Positions 30,389-43,966 of a stretch of DNA of 64,000 nt are shown here, piece by piece. Origin of the DNA: Candidatus Cloacimonadales bacterium. Lineage in GTDB: Bacteria > Cloacimonadota > Cloacimonadia > Cloacimonadales > JAFGVF01. A model generated the notes under the pieces. That model did not search any database and was not told the DNA's origin. It was given only the letters and a program-made list of their open reading frames with translations. The position numbers and the translations under genes are program-made. Each line of letters begins with the position of its first letter. Positions within the stretch are counted from its first letter, which is position 1. The DNA lies in contig CAXXOU010000003.1 of NCBI GenBank assembly GCA_963677495.2, positions 64,001 to 128,000 of the forward strand. The letters run 5' to 3'.

Positions 30389-31396
30389 ATGAGCAAAGAT
30401 TTTATGATGAAGGGTAGTGATTTTTTAGGAGTAAAGTATCCGATAATTGCAGGTGGGATGACCAGAGTTAGTGATTATGAACTAGTAAAAGCTGTAAGTG
30501 AAGCCGGGGGATTCCCTGTTTTTGCTGCCGGGAATATGCCGGCTGTTCAGTTTGAAGAGCAGATTGATAGATTAGTTGCTGATTTGAATAAACCATTTGG
30601 TGTTAATCTTCTAACTGTTGCCCCTAACTACAGGTCCCACTATGAAGTATTGCTAAAAAAAGATGTAGAGTTTGTAGTATTTGCAGACACGATTCCATCT
30701 AAAAAAGATATAGAAGGAATGAAGAGTTCCGGTGCTAGAACAATGTCTTTTGCTGCCAACAATTCAGTGGCAAAGAAGTTAATTAAAAGTGGAATTGATG
30801 CTCTCATTTTAGAGGGTTCCGAAGCTGGTGGTCATATAGGTCCGGTGGCTCTCAGTATACTTTTACAAGATGTTTTGCTTGAACATAGAGGCTTCCCTAT
30901 TTTTGTTGCCGGTGGAATTGTCAAAGGAGAAATGATGGCTCAAATGCTTATTATGGGGGCGTTTGGAGTTCAGCTTGGGACAGCGTTTATGCTTAGTGAG
31001 GAGTGCACAATCGATGATAACTTTAAACTTGCATTAAAGAAAGCACATGCAAGACAGGCTGTTGCACTGCAACCATTTGATGATTCTCATCCTCGTATTG
31101 GAATTAGAGCCATTAAGAATTCAGGGATGAACAAGATAAAAGATTTCCGTGAGAATCTGGTATCTGCGTGCAAGCAAGGCGACTCTCCAATCGAAGAGGT
31201 GTATGGTAGATTAGAGATGAAACTAGATGAAATGCTTTGCGAAGCTACAGAAAAAGGTAATGTTGACCACAGTGCCTTGATGGCAGGACAAAGTGTAGGT
31301 CTGACAAATGAGATAAAACCGGTACAGTTAATAATAGATGAGATGGTAGATTCATGTAAAAAAGAGCTTGAGAGAATCAGAGCTGAGTTTCTTTAG
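30389..31396 (+). CDS. nitronate monooxygenase / FabK-like flavoprotein
   Basis: YPIIAGGM, KPFGVNL, EGSEAGGH, VAGGI, GVQLGT, MAGQSVG. Confidence 0.85.
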   Translation: MSKDFMMKGSDFLGVKYPIIAGGMTRVSDYELVKAVSEAGGFPVFAAGNMPAVQFEEQIDRLVADLNKPFGVNLLTVAPNYRSHYEVLLKKDVEFVVFADTIPSKKDIEGMKSSGARTMSFAANNSVAKKLIKSGIDALILEGSEAGGHIGPVALSILLQDVLLEHRGFPIFVAGGIVKGEMMAQMLIMGAFGVQLGTAFMLSEECTIDDNFKLALKKAHARQAVALQPFDDSHPRIGIRAIKNSGMNKIKDFRENLVSACKQGDSPIEEVYGRLEMKLDEMLCEATEKGNVDHSALMAGQSVGLTNEIKPVQLIIDEMVDSCKKELERIRAEFL

Positions 31397-31498
31397 TAAA
31401 AAAGCTTGAGATTCCAACCCTAAGTAAAAATTTGACAATCTACTGATTACATATAATTTTGTTTCAATTAAATTTAGATGTTATAAACAGGAGTTTTA

Positions 31499-32761
31499 AT
31501 GAATAGATACAGCAAGGTTTTGATTGTAGCAATACTTGCATTTAGCTTAACAAGCTTGTTTGCGGGAAACTCAATCTTTAGCAGATATGGATTCCCTGTG
31601 GAGAATGATGGATATGATATTTATGGCATGGGTATGGGTAATACCGGATCCGGTGATTTCATGAGGATGAATCAGGGTGTTGGGGTCAATCCTGCCCTTA
31701 GTAGTATCAGTAGCCATGTTCTATTAGCCACCGGCATAAAGATGGGTAACACTACTTATAAAGATGTTGCTGATAATAGTTTTAGAGATGATTCCTTTGA
31801 CTTCCCGTTCTTTAGTTTACAAATGCCGATAAAGAAGCATCATTTTGCCTTTCAATTCACATCTTTGATGAGTGGTAATTTGAAAAGTGAATCTACAAGT
31901 ACTGTTGATATTGATGGGACTGATTATGAGATGCTCATTTATGAATCTATCTATTCTTACCTTTATAGAGCTGATCTAATGTACTCATATAAGTTCAATC
32001 ATTTTAGCATAGGTGTTGGTGCTAATTATTATTTAGGGAACAGAAAGACTAAGTTCACACAGGATTTTGTTGGTGTTGGTCCGGATATTGATACTGACAA
32101 TCTAAACTCCGGTTATGACACTTTTTATGAGACAAGTGATGCTTATAAAAATCCCGGTTTCATGGCTGGTTTGGGTATGAGATTTAGTCATTTTAGTTTT
32201 GGTGCTTCATATCATAGTGCAGTAGATTTAGATGACACAAGAAAATACAGTGGTATCTTGAACTCTTATGAGTTAGAGAACAATACATTTAAGCTCCCGC
32301 AGACAATTATTGCCGGTGTAAGCACAAAGCCGATGAACACTCTTAAGGCGAATGTAGATTTCAAGTATGAGATATGGGAAGAATCAGATGTTTACACTGA
32401 TCCGCAGAACTCATGGCGAGTTGGATTTGGTGTTGCTTATGAGCCTCTTTCCGGAGAAGATAAGTTCTTCCGCAAGATCCCGCTAAGAGCAGGTTATTCT
32501 CTTAAGCAGTTACCATTTAAAGTAAATGGTTCCAATGTAATGGAAAGCACTATAACCGGTGGTTTCTCAATGCCAATCAAAGCAATATTCAGTAGAATAG
32601 ATGTCGCTTATCAGCTTACACAACGTGGTAATGCTGATGATAATAATGTAGAGGAAATCTCTCATATGTTCATGATTGGAATGAGTGGGTTCGACATTTT
32701 CAGAAAAAGAATTAAAAGAGATCAACCACGTGATATACCAATTGCTGAGGAACTCTATTAA
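31499..32761 (+). CDS. outer-membrane beta-barrel protein (FadL/OmpP1-like)
   Basis: Signal peptide; SRYG..GMGMG..NPA N-terminal pattern; amphipathic strands. Confidence 0.6.
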   Translation: MNRYSKVLIVAILAFSLTSLFAGNSIFSRYGFPVENDGYDIYGMGMGNTGSGDFMRMNQGVGVNPALSSISSHVLLATGIKMGNTTYKDVADNSFRDDSFDFPFFSLQMPIKKHHFAFQFTSLMSGNLKSESTSTVDIDGTDYEMLIYESIYSYLYRADLMYSYKFNHFSIGVGANYYLGNRKTKFTQDFVGVGPDIDTDNLNSGYDTFYETSDAYKNPGFMAGLGMRFSHFSFGASYHSAVDLDDTRKYSGILNSYELENNTFKLPQTIIAGVSTKPMNTLKANVDFKYEIWEESDVYTDPQNSWRVGFGVAYEPLSGEDKFFRKIPLRAGYSLKQLPFKVNGSNVMESTITGGFSMPIKAIFSRIDVAYQLTQRGNADDNNVEEISHMFMIGMSGFDIFRKRIKRDQPRDIPIAEELY

Positions 32762-34317
32762 TGCATTTTACATGGGACACAGATGATACGACCAGCGAGT
32801 CCGCAGTTGACTCGCTTGTTCGAAAACGGAATTTGGGGTCAGAATATACTAACTCTGATTTGTCATTACTCCCCGACGAATCTCTACTCAAAGATATTGA
32901 TATCGCAGTAAAGCGTATTTTTGATGCTATAAGGAATGATGAAAAAATCATAATCTTCGGTCACGACGACCCAGATGGTATCACATCCACATATATAATT
33001 TATGACTATTTGAAATCCCTTGGAGCAACTGAGTTAAGCTACTATATTCCTAACAGAGAAAAAGAACACCATGGTATTCAGAAAGGATTCATAAACTATG
33101 TCAAAAAGGGAAATCACAAGCTAATAGTAACAGTAGACAATGGCATTAGCTCAATAGATGGAGTGAAGAAACTTAGAGATATGGCCTGTGATGTAATTAT
33201 TACTGACCACCATATGCTTAAAGAGGAAGGAGCACCCCATTGTTATGCAGTTGTCAACCCTAAGCAAGAAGAGTGTAACTACCCCTTTGATATGATTGCC
33301 GGAGTTGGTCTTTCCTATCTGTTAACCAGATATATCTACAACTATTGTAAACATCATGCTATTATTGCAGAAGAACCGCCTCTTAAGTATGTGTTCTGGG
33401 CTGCTGTCGGTTCTATTACAGATAAAGTTCCACTAGTTGATGTGAACAGAAGAATTGTGAAACATGCAATTGATAATTTTGAGAAAATAAGAGATACTCA
33501 TATTGAAAATCTACGTCTTGCTTATGGAACCGTTAATAATCAGCAGCAAGCCTTAGAATTTATCACATATACCGGTTTGCTTCTTAACAATGGTAGAGAC
33601 CTTAATGGTAACCATGTAGGTATGGATTACCTTCTTGCTGAAGGTGATGAAATAGATCCGGTTTTGAATGAACTAATACAACTTAAGAGTGAGAATGATA
33701 AACGAGTAAAAGCAGTTACTGAATATGTTGACATGCTTATCAGTGGTTATGAAGGAGAAGGTTTTATCTACTTTGATGAGGCTGATAGTATTCCTTATCC
33801 CCTCTTAGGTCTTGCAGCTTCACATACCTGTTTTAACTTAAAGATACCGGCAATTTTCCTAAAACGTAAAGGTGATGATATTGTTTGCGAAGGACGTTGT
33901 GGCCCCGGTTTTAGCGTTTTGGAAGCATTTAGCTATTGCAGTGACACACTTCATCAGTTTGGGGGACATGTTAAAGCTGCTGGTTTTACAATGGCACCTG
34001 AGAACCTTAATGAATTTATTTTCCAATTTAATGGTTTCCTTGAGATGTCTAAGGATTCGATAGATGAGAATAAGATTCTTCAAATTGATGTAGCTATCGA
34101 GATAAAGGACTTGAACAACGACTTTTGGGAAAGATTACAAGAGCTACAGCCATATGGCATGGGAAATCCTGTACCGATATTATCTATCAACGCAGATAAA
34201 GGACAGTTAAAATCAGTAGGATTCAAACTCACGGGCGTGAAACTCCCTACTACCAACAAAAAGATTGCTTTCCAATGGATTAAGCGTAAAACACTTAATA
34301 TAATCGACTACAGTTAA
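32761..34317 (+). CDS. recJ: RecJ-like DHH/DHHA1 phosphoesterase
   Basis: GHDDPDG, VTVDNG, TDHH, FGGHVKAAG, LQPYGMGNPVP. Confidence 0.75.
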   Translation: MHFTWDTDDTTSESAVDSLVRKRNLGSEYTNSDLSLLPDESLLKDIDIAVKRIFDAIRNDEKIIIFGHDDPDGITSTYIIYDYLKSLGATELSYYIPNREKEHHGIQKGFINYVKKGNHKLIVTVDNGISSIDGVKKLRDMACDVIITDHHMLKEEGAPHCYAVVNPKQEECNYPFDMIAGVGLSYLLTRYIYNYCKHHAIIAEEPPLKYVFWAAVGSITDKVPLVDVNRRIVKHAIDNFEKIRDTHIENLRLAYGTVNNQQQALEFITYTGLLLNNGRDLNGNHVGMDYLLAEGDEIDPVLNELIQLKSENDKRVKAVTEYVDMLISGYEGEGFIYFDEADSIPYPLLGLAASHTCFNLKIPAIFLKRKGDDIVCEGRCGPGFSVLEAFSYCSDTLHQFGGHVKAAGFTMAPENLNEFIFQFNGFLEMSKDSIDENKILQIDVAIEIKDLNNDFWERLQELQPYGMGNPVPILSINADKGQLKSVGFKLTGVKLPTTNKKIAFQWIKRKTLNIIDYS

Positions 34318-34916
34318 TGAAGCCACTACTTAAGGAAACTTTAAGAAAAGCAATTCATATTAGTTCGCTATTGCTACCCCTTTCCTATCGGTATCTACTA
34401 GGTTCGAATAAGCGAATTTCGTTTTGGGTCTTTTTAATTCTGGCAATAATATCACTCATTATTGATTTACTAAGACTTGAGCAGTTACATTTCAAGCGCT
34501 ATTTCATGCGTTGGTTCGGGCAAATCTTAAGAAAGCATGAATATGCCGGATTCACAGGTGCTACATTCATGATGATTGCACATCTGATTTGCATTACAGT
34601 GTTCTCAGCTGATATTGCATTTCTGGCAATGGCCTTCCTGGCGATAGGTGACACTTTTGCTGCAATAGTTGGTATGAACTATGGGAAACGTAAGTTTCTT
34701 GGTTCCAAAAAAAGTTTGGAAGGTTCTTTGGGTTGCTTCCTATCCACATTTAGTTTTGCCCTTATTTACAGTGGCACAATCAATCCTGCGGTAGGTTTTA
34801 TAGGTGCGGTTACAGCGACTTTTGCAGAAGCTGTTAATTTACCGGTTGACGATAATTTTAAGATACCATTAATTAGCGGTATAGTTATGACCGTTACAGA
34901 TATATTTATAATTTGA
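34317..34916 (+). CDS. CTP-dependent dolichol/phytol kinase family (SEC59/DGK1) membrane protein
   Basis: RKAIH, GDTFAAIVG, KKSLEGS, DDNF. Confidence 0.85.
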   Translation: MKPLLKETLRKAIHISSLLLPLSYRYLLGSNKRISFWVFLILAIISLIIDLLRLEQLHFKRYFMRWFGQILRKHEYAGFTGATFMMIAHLICITVFSADIAFLAMAFLAIGDTFAAIVGMNYGKRKFLGSKKSLEGSLGCFLSTFSFALIYSGTINPAVGFIGAVTATFAEAVNLPVDDNFKIPLISGIVMTVTDIFII

Positions 34917-34924
34917 GGTTAAAT

Positions 34925-35869
34925 ATGTTAATCAGTTTCATTATTCCAGTATTGAATGAGAGCGAATCATTAGAACAGCTCTACTCGGAGATCATTCAAA
35001 ATGTCAAACCACATGAGCATGAGATTATCTTTGTCGATGATGGTTCTACTGATAATAGTTTGGAAACTATGAAACAGCTTGCAAAGAGAGATAACAAAGT
35101 CAAGATAATCTCCTTTAGAAGAAACTTCGGTAAAGCAGCAGCATTACAAAATGGTTTCAATATAGCAAATGGAGAAATCGTTTTCACAATGGATGCAGAT
35201 CTACAGGATAATCCTAATGATCTACAAAACTTCCTAAAAAAAATAGACGAAGGATATGACTTAGTCTCCGGATGGAAGAAAAAAAGATTAGACCCTATCA
35301 ACAAAAGATTACCCTCAAAGTTCTTTAATGCCATCACATCATCATTCTTTGGTATAAAACTACATGACTTCAATTGTGGCTATAAAGCGTATCGAAAAGA
35401 GGTTATTAAGGACGTTGACTTATACGGTGAGTTGCACAGATATATACCAGTTTTAGCCCATACAAAAGGATACAGAATTGCTGAGTTAGCTGTTCAGCAC
35501 AGAGAGAGAAAACATGGTAAATCTAAGTATGGTTTTGAGCGCTATATGCGTGGATTTCTTGACTTACTATCAGTTGGTATGGTAACTATGTTCCGAAGTA
35601 GTCCGCTTTATTTGTTCGGAACCTGGGGTGCTTTTTTCGTTATTTCCGGTAGTGTAATTTCTCTTTATTTGACAATAATGAAAATATTCTTTCAAATGTC
35701 TTTAACAAATAGACCCCTACTTTTCTTAGGAGTTCTATTAATATTAGTAGGTATGCAATTCTTCTCTATTGGTCTTGTATCTGAGTTAATTGTAAGTAAG
35801 ACTCATAGATTGACCTTGGGAAGGAATATCTCGATAAAAGAAAAAGTTAATATTGATCAGGAGGTATAG
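34925..35869 (+). CDS. GT2 glycosyltransferase (ArnC/DPM1-like)
   Basis: IIPVLNE, FVDDGSTD, RNFGKAAA, MDADLQD, two C-terminal transmembrane segments. Confidence 0.9.
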   Translation: MLISFIIPVLNESESLEQLYSEIIQNVKPHEHEIIFVDDGSTDNSLETMKQLAKRDNKVKIISFRRNFGKAAALQNGFNIANGEIVFTMDADLQDNPNDLQNFLKKIDEGYDLVSGWKKKRLDPINKRLPSKFFNAITSSFFGIKLHDFNCGYKAYRKEVIKDVDLYGELHRYIPVLAHTKGYRIAELAVQHRERKHGKSKYGFERYMRGFLDLLSVGMVTMFRSSPLYLFGTWGAFFVISGSVISLYLTIMKIFFQMSLTNRPLLFLGVLLILVGMQFFSIGLVSELIVSKTHRLTLGRNISIKEKVNIDQEV

Positions 35870-35872
35870 ATT

Positions 35873-36451
35873 ATGAAAAAGGTTTACCTTATTCTTATAG
35901 GGATTTTGTTATCAACATTATGTTTTTCACTTGGATACTCTTATGATGACTTTGACACAGTTACAAGAGGTGTAACTGACACTTCAAAACTTATTGAAAC
36001 ATACAGAGACTTCATTGAGAATGCTAATGACTTAGAAGTATTGAAAATGGTTGAAGATGTTTGGATGGTTATGGATGAGGCAAGTCTCAGATCTCATCTG
36101 ACTAAGATGTCAATGAAGTATCCTAAAGATTCATTGTACTACTTTCTTCTAGGTAGAATTGAAAAAGATCCTGTTTCAAAAATAAGCTATGCCAGAAAGA
36201 CAATTAAGAATGATAGAAGAGCTATTCATGGTTATGAAATGATGCTTAAGACTTATAATGACTACTTCTTCGGTAATGAGACACTCTCTCCAAATCAAAT
36301 TCAATCCTTATCTATTAGTATCAAAAAAGATAAACGTTATGGAAGAGAGTTGCTTAGACAGGACATGTATAATCGTATTGGAATAGCTTTTGATACAAAT
36401 TACGTTAAGTATAAAGCAGAGTTAAAAGCTGCAAAGAAAAGAAAAAAATAA
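35873..36451 (+). CDS. secreted helical hypothetical protein
   Basis: GGAGG RBS, signal peptide, 192 aa ORF in operon. Confidence 0.65.
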   Translation: MKKVYLILIGILLSTLCFSLGYSYDDFDTVTRGVTDTSKLIETYRDFIENANDLEVLKMVEDVWMVMDEASLRSHLTKMSMKYPKDSLYYFLLGRIEKDPVSKISYARKTIKNDRRAIHGYEMMLKTYNDYFFGNETLSPNQIQSLSISIKKDKRYGRELLRQDMYNRIGIAFDTNYVKYKAELKAAKKRKK

Positions 36452-36472
36452 CTTTTAGATACAATTTATTAT

Positions 36473-36508
36473 GACAGATTGAGCTTCAAAGCTTAATCTG
36501 TCTTTTTT
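36473..36508 (+). terminator. intrinsic terminator
   Basis: GACAGATTGAGCTT..AAGCTTAATCTGTC plus T6. Confidence 0.75.
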
Positions 36509-36519
36509 AAGAGGATGAA

Positions 36520-39322
<2,803 letters not shown>

Positions 39323-39323
<1 letters not shown>

Positions 39324-40630
39324 TGAAGATATTAGAACGTTACATTTTGAAAGAGCACTTCGGACCGTTTTCGGTCTCATTGCTTGTTGTAACATTCGTG
39401 ATTCTGCTTGAGCAGATATTAGATATTCTCAATGTGATTTTTGAGAAGCAGTTACCAATTGGAATGGTTATGGAAGTGTTTGCACTTTCGCTACCATTTA
39501 TTCTGGCTTTATCAATACCGATGTCAGTACTAATGGCATCTCTAAATGCTTTCGGCAGACTTTCAACAGATAGTGAGACTACTGCTATGAAAGCATGTGG
39601 TGTCGATGTTTATAGTAAAACCGGTCCCCTCTTTGTTGTTGCAATACTTCTAGCAATTTTCATGGTATATTTTAATAATTCAGTGCTTCCAGAATCAAAC
39701 CATAAATTGAAGAATATGACATTAAAGATTGCCTACTACAAACCGATGTCTTCAATAAAAGCCGGAGAGTTCACAACTATTCAGGATTACACAATATATG
39801 TTAAAGAGAATGATGGTTCTGAAATGAAAGGCATTATCATTTTCGATAAATCAAAAACCAGATTCCCTCATACTATCGTTGCTGAACGTGGAACAATAAC
39901 ACAGAGTAAAGAGGGAACTTCTCTCCGTGCTGTTTTATACAATGGACAAATGCATGAAAGACTTGATGCCTCTAAAGATGAGTATCAATTAAGAAACTTC
40001 GAGAAGTTCATTCTCAATATTAGTGAAATCGGTAACCAAGAGGAGTTTGAAGAAACCAGTTATCGCAGTGATAGAGAGCTTAGTAACTCTGAGCTGAGAG
40101 TTCGTATCGATGAGACTGAAAAAGAGATAACTAAAGTCCAAAGTGAGATTCTTGATTTAAACGAGAAACTTACTTCCACTCGTGAAGACGAGAGTGTAAC
40201 CCAAAAGAGTAAGAGAACTCGTAGCACAAAAGCAATGATAAAGCTTAAAAATGATAGATTAGAAGATCTTAAAGAGGATATTCGCTCTTTCAAAGTAGAG
40301 ATACATAAGAAATACTCAATAAGCTTTGCAATAATTATATTCGTAATGATTGGTATACCTCTTGGTATGATGACTAAGACAAGTGGAGCAGGTACTTCTT
40401 TTGCTATCAGTTCTGTTGTCTTTCTTATATATTATATTAGCTTAGTTGCGGGTGAATCTCTCGCAAGTAAAGGTTTTGTATCTCCATTCCTATCGATGTG
40501 GATATCAAACATAATCTTCCTTGTAATAGCTGTAATCTTAATATATCATTCAAGACGTGAGAGCCAGCTATTCGACGTTAATCAACTCGTGAAGAAGATT
40601 GGTTCATTAGCAAGAAGGAGAAAGAAATGA
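39323..40630 (+). CDS. lptF: LPS export permease LptF/LptG family
   Basis: ILERYILKE, GRLSTDSE..AMKACG; tandem with a second member. Confidence 0.8.
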
Positions 40631-41715
40631 GAATCCTAGATCGTTACATGATTAAAGAGTTCTTACGAACTTATCTCGTTATCCTACTTGCTTTCTTCAC
40701 TATCTTTATTGTTATTGATGTAATAGACCATCTACCTAAACTGATTAGAAATGGAGCAACTTTCCAGCAATCAATCGTATATTACATACTTAGGTTACCA
40801 CAACTATTTGTCCTAACTTCACCAATCACAGTACTTTTAGCAGGCCTATTTATGATGAATGGGTTGGCTAAGTATAATGAATCTGTTGCTGTGCGTTCAG
40901 CTGGTATAAGTATAACCCGAATGGTCACTCCAATACTTCTTATTGGTTTCCTGATATCTATAGCTAATCTTGTTATAGGAGATAGAATTCTACCTTTAGC
41001 TGAATCGAAACGGGCGTATGTATATCGTGTACTTATTAAAAAGCAAACTATGGAGGATCGCAAGATTCGCTCCAAGATTCATTACGTTGGTACAGATAAT
41101 AGCTTCTATTATATAGGTTATTTTAATGGCTATGTTAATCAAATGAAAGTTGTTGATATTACCAGATTCTCTCCCAAAACAGGAGAGGTTATTGAGAAGA
41201 TATCTGCAGCTAAAGCCCTTTGGAAAGATGACCATTGGCTCTTTGTTGATTGTGATGTTAGAGCTTTCAGGGGTAAGAAACCTGTTAGTTTCAACCATTA
41301 CGAGACAACTAAGTTCAATTTTGTTGATGTCACACCTAAAGACTTTATCCAGCGAAGTACCAAAACACTGACCATGAACTATAATGAGTTGGAAGACTAT
41401 ATTGAAAGTCGGAAGAAGATTGGCGATGAATATGTAGAGGAACTTGTAGATCTCTATACAAAACTGACCTATCCTCTTGCAAACTTTATTATCCTATTCT
41501 TCTGTGTACCGGCTGCTTCAACCAACTCTAGAAGTAAACAAAGAGGTTGGGTTTTCCTCTTCGGAATTCTTGTCTGTTTAATCTACCTCAGTACTCTAAG
41601 GATATGTCAAAGTCTGGGTTATAATGAAGTACTTGTTCCATGGCTTGCTGCTTGGTTGCCAAACATTATTTTTACCCTTATAGGTCTTTACTTCTTAAAG
41701 CGTGCTGAGATTTAG
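40627..41715 (+). CDS. lptG: LPS export permease LptF/LptG family
   Basis: ILDRYMIKE, NESVAVRSAGIS, AAWLPN. Confidence 0.8.
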   Translation: MRILDRYMIKEFLRTYLVILLAFFTIFIVIDVIDHLPKLIRNGATFQQSIVYYILRLPQLFVLTSPITVLLAGLFMMNGLAKYNESVAVRSAGISITRMVTPILLIGFLISIANLVIGDRILPLAESKRAYVYRVLIKKQTMEDRKIRSKIHYVGTDNSFYYIGYFNGYVNQMKVVDITRFSPKTGEVIEKISAAKALWKDDHWLFVDCDVRAFRGKKPVSFNHYETTKFNFVDVTPKDFIQRSTKTLTMNYNELEDYIESRKKIGDEYVEELVDLYTKLTYPLANFIILFFCVPAASTNSRSKQRGWVFLFGILVCLIYLSTLRICQSLGYNEVLVPWLAAWLPNIIFTLIGLYFLKRAEI

Positions 41716-41761
41716 TCTATAAACTCTGAAATCCTGTTTTACCTTATCTCCTGGAGTAACT

Positions 41762-42565
41762 ATGAAGAGAACATTTGCTATATTGCTGTTAGCATTAACA
41801 GCATATCTAGTCTCAACCCCGTTTCCTACCGTTGATTATGACTCATCAATGGATTATCAGGGAGATGAACTCGCAACAAGGTCCACTAACCCTCGGATCA
41901 CTGAAATAGCACATATAACAACTAACCCGGTACTTAACCAAAATGAACTTGAGGCACAACAATTATGGCATGCACTTGTTGATACTGTATTTACAAATGG
42001 ATTGAACAATGAACGCTATGTGTCTGATCCAAACTATTATAAACAGTTTACCCCTAAAGAATTACCAGGGAAGAGCTGGAATGGCGTCAAAGTTTTTTAC
42101 ATGCAAAACCTTGCCAACTATTTACCTTTTCACAACTTAGCTACTTATAACAATAAAGCATATCTATTACCTCAACATTATGATGTACTAATTTCTGACA
42201 TTGGATTACAAGTGACACTACAAAACGCACAATCTCTTTCTGAGCGATTAATCCATTTATCAACTTCATCAAATACTTCAATATCCTCTTCAATCCAATT
42301 GAACATAACGTCAGACTATGATTGTGCTGCAATGTTCGGAATATCTTTCTGGGAAGAAAGAAATGGTTACAAGTATAATTCTGAAATAACTATTAGAGAT
42401 TGGAATGGGACATTAGAGTTTGGGTCAATTTGGATAAAAAGAATTGGTAATCAAAATGAACAAACAGTAATTGAGGATAACGACAATAGAGATTATGGTT
42501 TCATTGGAAATGAACCTTTCTATCTTTCACCTAGCGAATTACGTGAACCTTTTTTTCTTAGATAA
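41762..42565 (+). CDS. secreted hypothetical protein
   Basis: GGAG RBS, signal peptide, 267 aa. Confidence 0.6.
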   Translation: MKRTFAILLLALTAYLVSTPFPTVDYDSSMDYQGDELATRSTNPRITEIAHITTNPVLNQNELEAQQLWHALVDTVFTNGLNNERYVSDPNYYKQFTPKELPGKSWNGVKVFYMQNLANYLPFHNLATYNNKAYLLPQHYDVLISDIGLQVTLQNAQSLSERLIHLSTSSNTSISSSIQLNITSDYDCAAMFGISFWEERNGYKYNSEITIRDWNGTLEFGSIWIKRIGNQNEQTVIEDNDNRDYGFIGNEPFYLSPSELREPFFLR

Positions 42566-42694
42566 CAAAGAAGCAAGCTAACTCTTAATTCCAGAATTCC
42601 TCCACTACATCCACTCAGTCTCTGTAATACTCCCCTTCGAAGATCGCTATGAGTCCAACTCCGTTTGGTCACTATGACTCCAGCTTATAAAAAT

Positions 42695-42721
42695 AGGGCA
42701 TAGCAATCTGCTATACCCTTT
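42695..42721. terminator. terminator between convergent genes
   Basis: AGGGCATAGCA-atc-TGCTATACCCT hairpin. Confidence 0.65.
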
Positions 42722-42738
42722 CAAGACATTATCTTGTC

Positions 42739-43956
42739 TTATTTAGCTTTCAAGATTTTTCCTGTTTTAAGAGTATTTCTATTATCTGACACTTTATAGA
42801 AATAGATTCCTGTTGGAATAGATTTCATCTCTAATGTGTTATCTCCGGGAACAATCTGTTCAGTAAACACTTTTCTACCTCTCACATCATAACATGTAAA
42901 CTTGTAGTTTGAATCACTTTTAATACTAATTCTATCAACAAAAGGATTAGGATACAGTGAAACATCAACCTGCGGTTGGACTATATCTTCATTCGATGTT
43001 GAGTTAGGTCTAACTTTAATATCTGTTGGAGACATACCTACTGTGTACTCTACCTGGAACTCCTCATTCATGTTAAACTCTTTCAAGGTTCCATTTGATC
43101 CCCATTGTGAATCAACTATGAAAAGCTTATCAGAAGTACCATAAACTAAAGAACCTGGGGTTGAAAAGCTGTTAGTAAATGTATAGACTGCTGAGAAATC
43201 AGTAGGATCATATGCATACATACCGGCATTATTACCATCTGCAACATATACCTTTCCATTCTCTGCATACCACATGTTTCCAAGGTAACCACCTAAATCA
43301 ATTGTGCTTGTTACAGTATTAGTAGCAGGATCTATAACATTTATCGAACCTGTGTTATCACCCCATGCAGAGGAGCATGCTACATGTACTTGAGAATCTA
43401 CAATAGTTAAATACTGTGCATTCGCACTAACATCAACTAAAGTATCAACCACAAAACTACTTAAATCAATTACTGCAACTTGGGAATCAGTGTAACTGGG
43501 ATATGAGCCTGAACATGCAACATATAGCTTTTCATTAAGTACAACTAAACCGGCAGGTCCTACTCCAACTGATACATTGCCAACAACTGTATCTGTATTC
43601 AGATCGATTTTGTAAACTGTATTAGTCAACAATCCTGAGACATAAGCATAATCACCATATAGAACTATATCATAAGGATTACAACCGGCTGCTACTATTA
43701 TGTTTGCAAGTGTTGCACCACTATCCAAGTCTATCTTTTGAATAGCATTATCTCCCGAGTTCACTACATAACCATAATCTTCAGTTAAAGCAATGCGATT
43801 TGTGTAAAGTCCCAGTGTAGCGAAGTCGTTGTCAACTTCACCGGTTTCAGTGTTAAACTTAGTGAGTGTCTCACTTGTAGAGTTCACTATGAATATCTCA
43901 AGTGCACTCAGATTAATCAGAATTAAAAGAAAAATGATTACTAATAGTTTTCTCAA
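42739..43956 (-). CDS. YncE/BtuG-like beta-propeller with T9SS-like CTD
   Basis: YVTN-like blades (YVVNSG, YVSG, YVAC, YVAD); LYPNPF..GIYFYKV; lies in the B12 operon. Confidence 0.75.
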   Translation of the reverse strand: MRKLLVIIFLLILINLSALEIFIVNSTSETLTKFNTETGEVDNDFATLGLYTNRIALTEDYGYVVNSGDNAIQKIDLDSGATLANIIVAAGCNPYDIVLYGDYAYVSGLLTNTVYKIDLNTDTVVGNVSVGVGPAGLVVLNEKLYVACSGSYPSYTDSQVAVIDLSSFVVDTLVDVSANAQYLTIVDSQVHVACSSAWGDNTGSINVIDPATNTVTSTIDLGGYLGNMWYAENGKVYVADGNNAGMYAYDPTDFSAVYTFTNSFSTPGSLVYGTSDKLFIVDSQWGSNGTLKEFNMNEEFQVEYTVGMSPTDIKVRPNSTSNEDIVQPQVDVSLYPNPFVDRISIKSDSNYKFTCYDVRGRKVFTEQIVPGDNTLEMKSIPTGIYFYKVSDNRNTLKTGKILKAK

Positions 43957-43966
43957 TTTCTTCCTC

